From positions 4,650,001 to 4,714,000 of the forward strand of contig OZ281498.1 in assembly GCA_965637545.1 (NCBI GenBank): a stretch of 64,000 nt of DNA. The letters are read 5' to 3'. Source of the stretch: Phallusia mammillata (lineage: Eukaryota). A model generated the notes under the pieces. That model had not been told where the DNA came from. It was given only the letters and a program-made list of their open reading frames with translations, and searched no databases. The position numbers and the translations under genes are program-made. Shown here one piece after another: positions 11,801 through 26,800 of the stretch. Numbering within the stretch: the first letter of the stretch is position 1; each line of letters opens with the position of its first letter.

Positions 11801-14800
11801 TGTCTTCTTATATATATTTTCTTTCTTCAGCAACTAGTGTTGCACCGAATCCGCCTCAAACAGTTGGGGCCATTTACAGCTAAACTAATTTGGTGAACCT
11901 ACAGTCCGTTGCATCACTAATAGCAAGTATTGTTTACCTGCAGTGTTTAAGCGTGAGTCCATACTCTTTGCCGACATACTATCGCTATTTATCCCCGTAC
12001 AACAAGGCCAGACATTTTTTCTTGACTTCATTCACCAAACCGAAAAGCTCAAAAATATTTGTTTCTTTCCAGGTGCGGAACGAGAGTTAAGCAAGGAAGG
12101 TCTTTCGCATACAATCGTCCAAGCTCGGCAAAGTCTTCCTGATACCTTTCTCGCAACCGTGAAAGAACTCAAGCCATCGAGTGTCATCAGTCTCGCCAAT
12201 TTTTTTGCTTCTACCTCACAAGGCCGAGTCAAGATGGCCGTTAGCGAGGTAACGTTGTTTGAATAAATGCAATTTGCTGAATCTGTAATTCTGTTGTTTA
12301 ATGAACATCTGTGATAACCGACTGTTTCCCATAAAAGCATTTTTTGTACTTTTTTCACATGGTTTGTAGATTAAACTCTAGATACCTGACCTGTGAAGTT
12401 GCTAAAAGAACCAATTTTAAATAATTTTTGTATGTTTAGCATTTACTATGTAGTATTTTAGGAAGGAATAAAAATGTATGAATTTATTATTCGTCAAAAA
12501 AAGGTTGGGACCACTGTGTTAATACATTTCTTGTAAAATTTTACTGCGAGCAAAACAATTAGCATATAAACTAACGTGGCCATGGAACATGGCCAAAATC
12601 AGCACTTGACAAGCGTGAATGCCTAACTTGGCAGTATCCTTGTTGACGGTTGTTTATAGCCTTGAATTCTGAAAATCCTTGAAATCAGTTTATTTTTTTC
12701 ACGACATTGGAGGCGAGTTTTTTTTTTACAGTTGTCAAGCGCCGATGCAATCACCCAATGTTTGCGCAATCTTACCAACCCGAACCGACCTTTATACCAA
12801 ATAGCCGTTTACAGCGCTTCGATGACCGCCAACTGCAGTCTACAGTTCCATCTTGTCGTTTCCAGTAAGTGGTCAAACAACAAACACCGCTCGACCGCCT
12901 TAACCCCGCTTAATAATTAACCGCCATGTGCTCGGCAAACAGAAATGGCAAAGTTCACCGAAGCGTCTACCATTTGCATACTCTTGAACAAGTGGTGTTT
13001 TTCACACAACATGGTGCCCCTGAATAACTGTATTTTACGTTGCAGGTAAACGCAAGTGTCGTACAATAAGCGAACATTTGCTGTCGACCGAAGATCAGTC
13101 GTCCCTTTTAAAACAAAGCCTCGTGTCGTTGCCATTCACCCAACTTCGTTTGTCTCTTTCGGGTAAGTTGGGAAACAGCTCATAGTGGAGTTTGCATAGT
13201 ATAAAATCTAGTTGCATTGAATATTCTTCCACGCCTTAACTTGTACGTTTCAGGATTGAAAAATCAGGATACATTTTTATCAAACTGAAAACTTAAAAAG
13301 TCTGTCATCCACCGTTTATTTAAGACATATAGATATGTATCACCTATGACAGTGGTCGGCAACCGCCGGTCCGCGAGGAGCTCGTTACCCGGCCGTATAC
13401 TTTTTCAGGTTAAATGCTTCCAAATATTTTGCCCATGTATCCCCGGGGAAGATAAACTAATTTAAACGTTTTCATTGCTGCATTATTGTTGTTGTTGTTA
13501 TATACTACACACATTGTATACCATTTCTATTAAATCTTTCTTCATGCTTCTTACAAGTGCCAGGTTCTTTGGCAATTTTTTGGACAACAACGATTTTTAC
13601 AACATGAAAACCGCCCATTTTGCAGGTCCGTTCGCCATATACAACAACGTACCTCATCGTCCATCATCGCCTATCTTTCAACCGTTTGTTCCCCGCCGAC
13701 GCGAGCCTCCCAATCATACCCTTCCCGCTGCACAGTGTTCGGCGTTGCAACAATACGAAGCCCATCTCGTGACGTCACTCACCTCGAAAGTACGTGGTAG
13801 TGTTGTTTTTTTGTTGTCGAAAATCCATTTCCACAAATTCTTGTGTCTGGAATAAAAATTCCCACAATAAAGTGATGCAAAAAATAAGTGTTTCTTATAA
13901 GATTCCATTTACGGTTTTTGTGATAAGAAAAAACATTCTTTATATTCTTACTGTTTTTATTTATAAGTCACCTGCAGGTGATAAGTACTACTTATAAACT
14001 ACAGTTATTCCGGACCCGTTTGGACCAAACAAAATGTCCGGATTAGGCAATGATCCGGATTAACCGATGTCGATTAGTTTAAGCCATATCACATTTTAAA
14101 ACAACGCGAAAACTTTGTAACTTTGTGAGTACATATAAATTATAAAAAGTTCAGACATTTTGTTCTCATATAATAACTGAGCCTTAATACTCTAAGTTGC
14201 CCAATACATTTTTTCACCAATCGACAAATTCTATAGCAAAACGGTCCGAAATTTCAAAAAAAACGTCGCAAGACACACATGTGCTAAACCCAATGTTGTG
14301 CAGGTCTTGCAATGTCAGGCGACCCTCAGTTTTTCGCTCTTCACCTCGTTGCGGTTTATTTTCCTTCTACCTCGCTGTCCTGCTTTGCACAATCAAACTG
14401 TATCCACCATTACACACTCTGGCGTACTGTCGGATATCTACAAAACCTCACTCCCTGGATCAGCATTGTCGTCTCAGGTCGTCATGACAATGGAGTCGTC
14501 CAGCAAACAAAGGTAAAGATTGAGATTAACATGATTTGTAGCCTGTAGGCGATGTATTGAAACCTGTTTCGATTTAGATTGTTGTCTGTATGCAAACAGT
14601 GGGAAGATACCTCAACACTTCTAGTTATCATTCAGCTAGAAGCAAACCTTACCTCAAACAAGTAAGAATATACTTAAAGTCATTATGGAAGTACATTTGG
14701 CTGGAATTTTAAGACACATGATATAGAACCTTCCAGTGTTTGTACTGAACTTGGAAGTGTTACAAGCTTGCCTGTTTTACACCGTGAGGTAAAGATTAAA

Positions 14801-17800
14801 AACTCACGAAAATGCAAAAAGTGGTAAACGTGTTTTTATGCTGCGAAAGTTGGGTGTGATTATTATGCCATAGACTCTCAACCGTTTTTCCCTTATTTCT
14901 CCCGCAGGAGATTTTGATAGTAATACTTTCCTCCCCTTTTTTAATACACTGTAAATTTACCCTTAAGTTTTGTTAACAAATTTTGATTACTTTTATTTGC
15001 CCCCAAAGCATGTCAAATTTGTCGATTAGGAGGTAAATTACCCCTGGTTGAAAACCTATGAATAATTTCATGAATTAAACCCCACTTATTTTTATAGTGC
15101 AGACGAAAGCGATTTCCTCAATAACGCCTCTGTAACAAACTCAAAAAATGTGCTAGTTGTGCAATGTACCTCATCACCTGATATTCTCCTCACAAACCGT
15201 TCCCGAATCGCCCCTAGCAACGAGGTTCGAGCCCTACCAACCGTCCGGCTCCATAGCAACGTGAGTACAATATTGATTTGCTGTTGTAAATTGTTTTACT
15301 AACAGAGCGGCATATATTTGTACATCTCGTTGTAAAGTATATACGAAATAATTCAGTTTTTGGCAACAAACCTAAAACCCGAGAAACAAAAGGCGTAAAA
15401 AAATAAGTTACCAGATCCTAAGTCACGTAAGATGAACATAAATCCATGATCTGGGATCAGCCATGAAGCTCCCATTACCTAATAAAAGTAGTTAAACGTT
15501 AGCAAAATTCTTACTTCTTTGTGTAACCAACTTCACAAAATATGCAACCTGGTGGAAGGTATGTTTGCGCAGTCATTGACCTTGTACAGACTGCCAGTGA
15601 AAAATCCAAAACGCGCCAAAACGTTTAATCATTGACACGGCCAAGGTCGTAAGTTACTCATTTCCACCATTTCTTAATCAGCTAAAATGAACATTAAGTC
15701 ATTACTCGGTCAGCCCTGTAGCGTTAATGAATACCAGCGATCACGGCACACTCGTGTATAAATCATAGTACGCCACGTCAATTTAAAGACGTTATACCGA
15801 ACCAGTTTCCTAACAAACATGTTTTTCAAATTTAGGACAACGCTGTTGACGAGGTGGACACCTTTCCATTAGCCACTATATTTGATCCGCACTACGAAGC
15901 AATTAAATGGGATCTTCTGGACAAGTAAGAGTCACTATTGTAATCGAGTTGTTCGTTGGCGCCCAGTCTTTGTACCTTGTGTTGATCACGATGGCCTGTG
16001 GCTTGATCAAGGCTTTGTAATGGTATCCGATTTCTTTCCATCGGGAATGGACAATGGCTTTGTAGACATGCGCCGTTTTATTTTTCGCCCCAAACCGCTT
16101 TGTATTCGATTCCCTAATCTAGCAACCGTGTTGGTAGAAAGTCCAAACTGTCTTTAAGTCTTTTTGTCTGACCTATTTTTAATTAATATTCCTGTGCACT
16201 CACTTTTTTAGTTTTTGTTATCCAGTGGTTCCCAACCTTTTTCGACTAATTGCTCCCCTAACAATTTAAAACATTTTCATTCCTCCCGAAAAAATGTACA
16301 GAGTATATGGTAAACCATGCAAAGATCATTTCAAAATTATGTATTTTATTAATTTCACAGGTCAGATTCCCAGGGCTTAAGTGTCTATTGACAAGCCACA
16401 TGTACAAACTCAAGTAAATACCACCCCGGTTGGGAACTGTTGTCATTATAAGTCAACCTTTTGAAAAGGGACTAAAAACCAATCCATTACGTGGTATTTT
16501 CTTTATTTTTTGCAGCAACTTTATGCTCCACACGTCTTTGGTTGCGTGCGAGTTAATGCTGCAGCAATATGTGGGTGCCATCACACGAGAAGCTCGCAGC
16601 GATGATAAAAACTGGCAAGTTGAGCTTCGACGGAATCGTCTTCTGTCGCCGGTTATCACTAGAGTTGTGCAGGTACATAACACTGGTTACTACTCTATTG
16701 TGCGTGTATGCTGTAAGATTTGCGGATTTTAAAAAGGTTAACGTTTTAAGTAGCGGTGCACCGCCTAAAACGATCCGGGCCAAAACCGACTTTTGTCCAC
16801 TGTAAAATAACCGTATTACAGTCCAAAAAACTTTGAAAATGTTAACACTGCACATCAAACACAATATTTTTACGAACAAGCTTACTTTTTCTTCGTGAAA
16901 ACATCTATCACGTAGTTTATTCTGTTTTACTCGTTCAGTTGTGAAACTTTATCACACAGACATTATTTTATCAACAGACATTCATATTTATTTCTAAAAA
17001 ACAAGTTGGTTTTGGCCGATTTAACGAAATTCGAATCCAACAAGCTTAGTATGCGGTGCGGCTAGAGGTTACTGTACTGAAGTATATGAAATAACCATTC
17101 TGCGCATTTTCTATTATTCGTCATTTTAGTTTATTGTCAGAACTGTTTATCTCATGCCCGTTTCCATCTTAACACGAAACTGTAACTTGACGTCGATTGC
17201 CATTGTGTATGAATTGTCAATTCACAACCGTTAAACCGAAAACAATATAGCTTCGTTAACGTACTGTGCGTGCTGGGACGCAAAGTATGTATTAGTGTCA
17301 AATACCAAACGTGAATTTGAGTTGTACAACTGACACACAATGAACTAACGGAAACATATGTTTTTCTTTTAAGGACCTCATTCGCTCTTCACGTGACGGC
17401 GAGGGTGCCATGGTTGTTGTTCGGATTCCAACTTCAATTCTTGCCACCCGTTTCCATGACTCAATTACGGAAACGAGAGACAAACTGGGGCTTGACAAAA
17501 CGTTTGAAGTATGACAGTAGTAATGCATTGTCCAAGTCGCCTATACAACAGCATATGTTGCAATATTTGCCGTGCCCGTTTAGTATAGAAACGTGTGTGT
17601 TGCGTATAAAATTTGCTGCGGCGTGTTATGGCATTTTGTGTACGCCCTATAACTGTGTAGAATTGCTTTTTTGCCCGCAGACAAACGTTATACGTGCTTG
17701 CTTGGTTTTGTGTAAGTCGGCGTGTGGGTTGTATATGGTATTGGAATGTGCCTTTAAATGTCCCCCCCGAACGTATATGGATTTGTAACATGCACGCTGT

Positions 17801-20800
17801 TTTATTACGCAGGTAGTTCTCTATTCCAGCTGCGACAAAGAGGTGGCCTTATCTCGACATTTTCTAAGGATACTAAAGGTTCGCAATGCTAGTAAATTTT
17901 TTAGAAAAGGGTGCATTTAAAAATCCTCGTATTTTTTCGTAACAGAGTTGGAATCCTGATACGAGAGATTGGATGCCGACATCACTGGAAGATATTGCCG
18001 GTATTCCATGCATTGTGGTGTATGAAGGTGAAGCACTAGTCAATCAACGTATCCCAAGGTAGTAAAAATAAAACTGCCAGAGACTATGTTCTTAACCGGG
18101 CGTAAATTTGACATGTTTTTAGGGAAGAATAAATATTTGTAAGCATGTGTTTACCCGAAATAAGCGTGTTAAGATTTTGGAGTACATTTTATAACCGAAA
18201 TATGCTCAGGCGGGGATAGGAACCTTTACTAAAAATTTGTCTAAATGCAAGTCACAGGTATCAAAAAGGCCACATCTGGTTTGCCAGCCATACGTTACTG
18301 ACCTATGTACAAACTGCTTGCATTACACGTCTAAATGTGCTATATCAAAAAAGCATAGTATGTGCAGCGTAACCTTTTTTCAGCAAAGAAAAAAATATTG
18401 CCTACTAAATCAGCACAACAAAAACACGTTAAATTTTTCAGGGGCATTCAGCATGTTGATCTCCGTATGGTGTTTGAGGGAACTGGCGATTTGAATTGCA
18501 GCTTGATCGAGCGGGAACTGTCAATCTGCCATCCGGTATGCTATCGACCCGCCAACGCATGCCCACGCGGACAATCGCCACCCAAAAAGCGGCAGAAACA
18601 TTCCTCTGACGACGAGGGTCAGTTACAAGTGGTCGAACACGAAGGTAGGACCTGACATATGTATATATGGCCTCGTAGACATTTGAGGTCATTTTTACCA
18701 TTTTGTTGTATTCGTAGAAGATAGCTGTACATCTCCACCGGTGGAAAAAGATACTGAGGAGACGGAAACTTGTGAGTGGGAGGATGGTGGAAAGAGGTGA
18801 GCCGCGTGGGAGTAATTTTGTATCATTAAGCCAATTTTTGTAAACACCTATTGTTTGTTTGCTGCCGTACAGTTACCGTGGGTATCACTCTAATTCTGGG
18901 CTTAACCTTTAGCATAGTTTTGTAAGTATGTGTTCCTAGCATGAAGCACTAAGATAGAATTATCAAAATTAAGGCTCTTTCTGGCTTATTTATAAAGGAG
19001 TTAAGTTACGGTGTTAATATCTATTGAATAACATACCTAGTACACCAATGAATATTTAAAAAAGCTGGCAATTTTGCCTTCTAAATTCCATGTTATTTAC
19101 TACAATTTCATTTCCTTCTCGCTATTTTGAAAAAACGGGCGTTTTATGAACACCTTAAACGTACCTGCGCAAAACGATTATGAAACTACTGACACATACA
19201 GAAAACATGTCTGCAAAGCTATTATATACCACCTCTATTGTCGTTAAAGCCATACATCTAAATTAAAGCTTACATGAATTTTATTAGCATTGATGTGACT
19301 GAGCAAGGCACAGGTCGAAAACGCGAACGTGAAGATTCGTCCGATTCAACCCTCGATTTCGTCAGTCTGGCTATGAAAGAGGCAAACCTTACTTCATCGG
19401 GAAAAGGTGAATCTAGTCTTGGTCGTTTTTTTATTTTTTATTGCAGGGGTGCACAACCCGCGGCCGTGGAAATATGTATTAATATGTATGAAAGGCGGTC
19501 GTGAGCTGATTAAAACTCTTTTGCCAGTCATTAGGCTCTGAAACACTTGTCTGAATGCATTTTGTGAAACTGGAAATATATATTACCAGCCCAGTAGCAA
19601 GACGCGTCAAACAACGTAACAATACAGATGGTGCCGTCATAAGCAGTTAAGATTGCCAAATCGTTTAGCTGAATCAATGGATAAACTGAAAAAATAATCT
19701 GGGCTTTCGGGAGAATATAACGTAAATCCTAATTCTTTACACATTAATACTTAAAACATGGAGACACTTGGTAGCCGTTGGTAAATTAAGGGCTTGTGAT
19801 GCGGCCGTCATAGCGAAAAGGTTGTGCATTCCTACTCTATTCCCTTGATCTAATAACGTTTTGTTTCCTAGGCAAATACACAGGAGATGTAAAACACACC
19901 ATGCCCACTGTTATTTTGCCGCAGAACATATATGATTTGTTGGAAGGGGACAAAAAGGTGAGAAATTGATTTGCCTTCAGTTGCAATTTGATCCTTTATA
20001 ATCCAGTTTTTTTATTCCTCCCTAAAATACTACATAGTAGATGCTAAACCATACAAAGATCATTTAAAAATGGGGTCTTTTTGTGACTTCACAGGTCACA
20101 TTCCCACAACTAGACTGCCTATTTACAAACTACTTGCACAAATTTAGATAAATACCTCCTCTCGATTTTAAAAATTCCTCCCCTCTTGGGAACCACGGCT
20201 ATAACCCAAGGTGCCTGCAGGTATTATGGCCAACTTATATACTATTCCCTACAACTAAAAGACTATTTTGCAAGACGAACATGTCGCACACTTTTTAAAC
20301 TGTTGTAAATACGTATAAATTTTCAAATCTGACTAAACAGTTTTCCTATACATTTAAATCCATTAGATAAAAAAACTTTAGCTTACGCGTGTTATTATGA
20401 TGATCGTGCTACTTAATAAAAGAGGTATTTTACTGCTTCGCGATTTCCAAGAATAACTTAAACAATACAAATTCCGATTTGAAGGTTATGCCCGAACTGT
20501 CACGATGCCATTGTCCTTTTATGCACAATTTTTCATGGAAGCCAATCAAGGCTTATGGTGTCTGCTATAAGCTTACATTTAAAACTTGCATTGAAAAATA
20601 CCTAAAATGGCATATGTCTATAATTCGTGCTTCTCCTAGGGCCTTCCCACCCTTTCCAGCCTTCCACCACATCCTCTGTGTACGTGGATAGACTCCCTAC
20701 ATCCACAGTTGGAGCACGACAGCACTCCTCGACAGAAGGCCGACTTCTATAGGTATGTATATAATAATAAATAAAGACTTGCACGAGCCGTGTGGTCAAG

Positions 20801-23800
20801 CTTTACCCTTTTTCGGCTTTGGGGGGTCAAAAAATAGAAGAAAAAACCGTTTTGGGTAGTTTTTCGCCGGAATTTCAAACTGGTTCCAGCCGGATTTAGC
20901 CTCCTATCGAACTAGCCGGTTTAGCCTCCGAAAAATGTTGCTTGTTAACTATTTGTAAGGTTTATACTTGTCACATATGTATAACAGGCTTTGTTATGAA
21001 AGCACACGAGCCAGAAAACGTTTAATCAGACTCAAGATAATTGAAATGGTTTAAAATTGCAACTGGCAAGCTACATTTACGAATAAAACGAAAACCGGAT
21101 TTAATAACTGTATGGTTAATAGACAACAATACTTGGTAATTCATTTCCACTCCTTTAAACCGAAGGCATTGTGCTTTCCTTGTAACGACCATTCGGCCTT
21201 AAACGCATTAAACATTTCCAGAAAATGGTGCAAGCCAGTCCATGGGCACCCAGACTTCTTTGACGGGTCTCTATCCAGCAGTGGCGATACAAGTGTTCCT
21301 ATCTCTGTACATCCACAACGCTTTTTGTTGGTTACAAGTCCAACGACGGACACGGCTAGAGTATGTTGTCAGTTCCTGCAGCAACTTCACAGGTGTGTAA
21401 ATGTTGAACTAGCTGTTTATAGAGCAGTCAAATTGTTATGTTAACAATAGTGTGTTTTAGGTTTAAATATTGAGTGTTTAAATATGTTGGATGTGTGCAA
21501 TATTGTGTTTTTTACTTCGTGTGCTTAAGCTAATGGTTAAAACCGTAAGAAATTGTGGAATTAAAGAAAAGCTAGTTGCTGATTTGAAGAGGCATTTTGA
21601 TTAAAAACTGCAGGTTGATTCGCATTTACTGAAGACATTTTACACTGATTTTACCATTTTTTATTTACTGCTCAAATCATTATAAGTGAAGTGACACTTA
21701 ATAGTAGAGTGCATAAGATAGTAAAAAACGAGTATTTCTGCGGCCTGTGCAGCTAAATGCACCGCTGGTGACGTAATAGACCTTGAAAAGCTACAAATCT
21801 AGCATGGAATTGGGAATGTTTGTGACGTCACAAAGCACCCAGCGTTTGTGGTATATTTGCAGTTTTGCCCCGTCCCTACTTGTATCCTAGCTAGCGCATT
21901 TCTCTTCCTGTTTTAAACTGCCCAAACACTGTGATTAATCTATTCACACATGTTTGATATCATGATGTCCCGAACACTAATCATTAAAATTGGTTGTTTA
22001 ATACACGGTCAAGCATAGCGATATTGATACCTCAGTAACTATATAAAGTTGTCCATTTAATCTGCATATCTTAACCTGCACATTTTTGCGGACAGTTCCC
22101 TGATGAAACTCCATGAGGTTAAAGTTTACGATGATGGCGAAGACCTAGAAGAGGTTGGTACAATTTTCTAACATTTTTCCATCAATACCTTAACACATTT
22201 CCCATCTTGCAGGTCGATTGTGATTCGACTTTCCGAACTTTGCTTCCCGACCCGCAACGCAGAAAACAAAGCCAGATCGTCAATTCGTGCGATCACTTGG
22301 AAAAACTGTCCCTACAAGGTTACTATGCTACCAGATGTATAATATCAGCTTCATTGTTGTATTCCACATTTTGCAACTTAGAATGTTCAATTTGCATGCA
22401 TTTGCCTTAAAGAAAAGGTCAATAAGAGATAACGTTAGTCAAAACCACGTCCACTTTTTTCCACTTTCTAACGCATTTGAAAAAGAGTCATTTTGTTCTT
22501 GCATACTCTTTCGAACACTCGTTTCGTATGTTATCGGGGCACAATTATGCAAATTTGTTCATGTCACTGCTCGGCCGAACACCGAGTATTCGGGTTCTGG
22601 CTCGGCCTGGACCATCCCTGCAAAATTTAAAATTTGCACAAAAAGAACATTACAGAGCCATGTAATGTTGCCCTGGTGGTGCACAACTCTCATCGTATAA
22701 ATTAAAAACACTGGCAAAGTCCATATTTTGTCCTGGTCTAAAGCTTTTAAGCCCCATCAAACATATGTGAGTTGACATGTTTTTCTTTTTTTCACGATTG
22801 TCCTTACTGGGAAAGATAGCGCATTACTATGAAGTGGTAAATAGACCGTTTAACGGGATTTCCTGTTTCAGTTGTGTGTGAAGCATTGGACCTCCGGAAA
22901 ATATTTTAGCAGCCCAATTTCGTCTTATCCCACCGCCAGTGTTTTGCTCAGCTATTTACTGTTGCTGCACAATGTTTACTACAAGAGCGTGGCCTGGTAC
23001 TTAGCATTTAGGACAGTGGTTCTTACACTTATAAACAGGGTTACCATACCGTCCGTATTTCTAAAATTTGTCCTTGTTTTGAAGGGCTATGTCTTAGAAA
23101 AATTCATTGTCCTTATTTCTGAGAAATGTCCTTATTTTTAACTTGAGTCCTTCGTTTGTCTTATTTTCAACAATTACAAGTCAAATCCCTGCTACAAGTA
23201 AAAGTAAACCTAGACCTGAGCTGTTGTGAGATGCACGAAGTATTTTCTACGAACAAGTATTTGCCGGAACAGATTGTTTCTGCCAAAATATTGCATATGA
23301 TATGTCACGGCTCGTATAAATGCAAGATTTGTTCGAAAACGTTTGTTTCACATTGAATGAAATAGTAATTTTTCGGTTGTCCTTATTTCTGGTTTCAAGT
23401 CGATGGCAACCCTGCTTATAAAGTTGAAATTCAACATTTTTTTCGCGACACGCTTATGCACATAGTTCAAAGGAATTAAGTGACTTTATAGTGACCATGG
23501 GCCTGCTTTTGGTCAAATAAGATAAAGACTCTCTTGCGTATCATGCAATCAATACTAAAGTAACCAAGGCCTAAAACACCGGATGACTCCAGTGTTTCAT
23601 GGCACACTTGCGGTACATAGTTTAATATCACTGCTTCAAAGCTATACAATCAAGTAAGTGGCTTTTACCGCTAATTGTCATATTACTCTTGTGGCGGTCA
23701 ATGTTACAAGTAAATTATCAAAATTTGGTATTCTGTATCATTTTTGGGATAATATTGTTCTTTTTCTAACGGCTTTTATCGTCCCCCGCACCTAAATTAA

Positions 23801-26800
23801 GGCTTCAAGCAATTCTTACGTGGCCGGCCGTCCAAGCTTTATCTAACTTTTCTGCTTTTCAGACGTTGGTTCGCAGAGAAATGTTGTGACAACGTTTAAT
23901 TCGAACGTGAACGCATGCAGCATACGGACAAACACACAAGAGGTAAACGAAATTTCCTATCCTACATGTAACCTACAGCGACACCTAGGGGCATCTGTAT
24001 ACCCTGCAAAAATAGCCTTGTTAATTTTTTCCATAGAAAACTTTTGACGGAAATTTTGTTTTCTTTAGGTATCAGGGGAAATTGAGACCGAAACAAGATC
24101 TGTGATCCTAACACCGAGCGGTTACAAGGGTGAAATCCACTACCAACTTGTCATACCCAAAAAGTTTATGCTTAACTTTATCTACGGAAGATCTCCAAGC
24201 GGAGAAGTGCAGCTTAGAACTTTACGCCTCAAATGCAAGGTCAGTTTTTTTTCAATTGTTCTGTGTGGAAGTTTTAAGTCTAATCTTGTACGATAAAAGC
24301 TCTTCGCGTGCTTTGGGCAGTGTTCTCCCCTCAAGGATCTGAAGCTGTAAAATGAAACCCTGACAATTAAATATAGCTGTGTAAAATTAAGGTCATTGTA
24401 CCTAACCTACACCTTAGTTTGTTTGCAATAGTAGTGGTCTTGACTAGAACTATGAAAGAGATTCTCAGCCGGAAAAAAATACATTTTTAATACTCTTAAG
24501 GTAGAAAATATGGTTTATCTGATTTCAACCGTATTGTATTTACAATACAAAAGGCGCCGTATCACTTTTATTTGGCAAAATGGGTTTGCTCTACACCGGC
24601 TTTCTAATCAAAACCAGCACAATTTGTCAAAAACTTTGCGTTGTTGTATTCCTTTTTAACTTCCTAGGGAGGGAGCTCACAGTAAAATTGAAAACCGATT
24701 CTTCAGTTCTAAATTAGCCTGTATTTGATGGTATTTTTTTCCTATTTCTCCAGAACGATACTGGGATCAAGACACCGGTCGTGAGTTTAGCTCATCACTC
24801 TGTACACGATGGACTGTACAATCTTGGCAACGCTTCGTCGAGTGGTTTCAAGTTGTCGGACGGAAGCGAACCGATGCACGTGATCATGGTGCGACACAAA
24901 GACAGCGAGAATTTCAAGAAGTTTTGTCACGACTCAGTGATCGTTGTTCTTCCTCCGGAATTCGATTTCTTAGGCCGAGGTAACATTTAATATTAAGCTT
25001 AAAAATGTGTGCGAAATCATATATTTTGCGCTCACGTCTGTTTTGTATTTGTTGTTTTTTGAACACTGGATGGAAAAAATGATTTATGCCTCCTTATTTC
25101 TGAACATTTTTAGTTTTTGAAGGCCGGTCCGTGATAAAATTTCAGTTCCAAAACGGTCCCGGTGCAAAAAAAGACTGCCGGCCCCTGGGCTAAACAGACC
25201 GCTCGAAATAGTTAAATAACTGAATATCACCTATTGTGCAACGACAATTCTGACGTTTTGTTTGCAAGAAGCTAACCCTATATACGCCCGTGTTGTTAAC
25301 ACTGAACAAATGCTGATTTCAATCGAACGTTATTCCAGTATTAGTATTTTGTCCCAATCGACGCCTTTAAATAAACCAATACTGTAACAACAGTGCATAG
25401 ATTTTAATAGCTGCTGCCGTCTTTCAAATACTAGCTATTAGCACAATAAAACTATCGGCACAAGAACATTTAGTTCTTCATACTGGACATACATGTAAAA
25501 ACCCTATATCACAGTATACCGTTTTTGACGTGCATTTTTACACTGTTTTTGCCGTAGTTAGCTTTTCGTGGAATATTATACACACGTTACTTAGCTTGCT
25601 TATGTTTTGTATTTCGTGTGATTTCAGGTTCGCTTAAGTTTGCTGCTCAGGTGCTGTTCCAGCATTTCTACGACACTGAAGTCCCACGACAACAAGAGCC
25701 GGATTCAATCTGGCCCTTTGTGCTGTTGGTTGATGACGAGTGTGTTTCGTGGAGCGAGTGGAGATCCATTCAGATTGCCGACGAATTTGGGTTTGTTTTG
25801 ATTTATCATTGGGTGGGGAAACTTTTTTGGGTTAACGAAGAGATTTAAGCCGGGCAATATTTTGCGCATCGTTTGTCGCAAACTACTTTTCACAGATACC
25901 CAAACTGTGCTGTTTTATGTCAAAAATCGTTTTTTTTTTACACACCTGGAACTATAGAGATAAATCGTCACCAAGGGGTTTTAATGTATCTTCCAAAATA
26001 GAACAAATTACATTGTCACAACAAATTACCGCACCCAAACCACCGGTTACTCTGTTTAACTACATGGCGTGCTAGCAAAAAGGCACATTGTTAAGTCACA
26101 CTATTACTATGGATGGGTCCACACACATGGGTCAATTTATTGCACCGGCCTTATAACACTGTGTACATTTTTTACACTCGTTAGTCATCGTTATGTTAAA
26201 TTAATGATTATCAGTTTTTTTGCCGCAATAAATGTCTTTAAATGTCGGGTAGTAGTAATACATGACACCTTAAGTTGTGCCCATACGTTAAACATGTAAG
26301 ATGTCTTGTTTTTATGCTGCCTGGTAACAATTGGCTGTTCTTTAAAGTTTGTGTGTTTGTAGCAGTGATGACAACAGCAATTGGGCGAACAAGTCGTTTG
26401 GTGAAATTGTCGAGATATTAGAGGCTTCGGTAAATGAGCAATTCGCTGCTGTTGGATTGAGACAATGGACAGGCAATATGAAAGATCCGGATACAATGCC
26501 TAATGTAGAATACGTGGAAAACGAGGTGGGTCTTTTCTGTCTAAACATTCTCGAAAAAAACTAATATGCTAATTATTCTGATACTGGAAAATATACACAT
26601 AATTCGTTTTGTCAGAAATATGTTCCTAAAATGGTAACTTAAGAATACCCACTTTAACTAAAAAAAATGATTTTACATTTTTAGGCTGACCAAAGTGGCA
26701 ACTACTTCTCCGAGCGCGTCATCGGTTTTTGCGTCATGCTCAACCTACGTAAGACCCGTGACGTCACTTATAACTGTACCAGGTATTAACAGTGTTGTAT

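Noticed and set aside
11831-12072. Acceptor-like sites and open frame suggesting extra GREB1L exons
   Set aside because: The phase 1 reading from 11831 hits a stop, and exon 11431-11518 splices directly in phase to 12073 with better similarity.
14002-14179. Possible Tc1/pogo-type MITE (cagttatt ... aataactg)
   Set aside because: The inverted match is only 8 bp and there is no TA duplication on the right.
22319-23862. Missing GREB1 HHCEQC-containing segment or hidden exon
   Set aside because: I could not find a convincing homologous exon, and my recollection of the alignment is too weak to claim a true loss.
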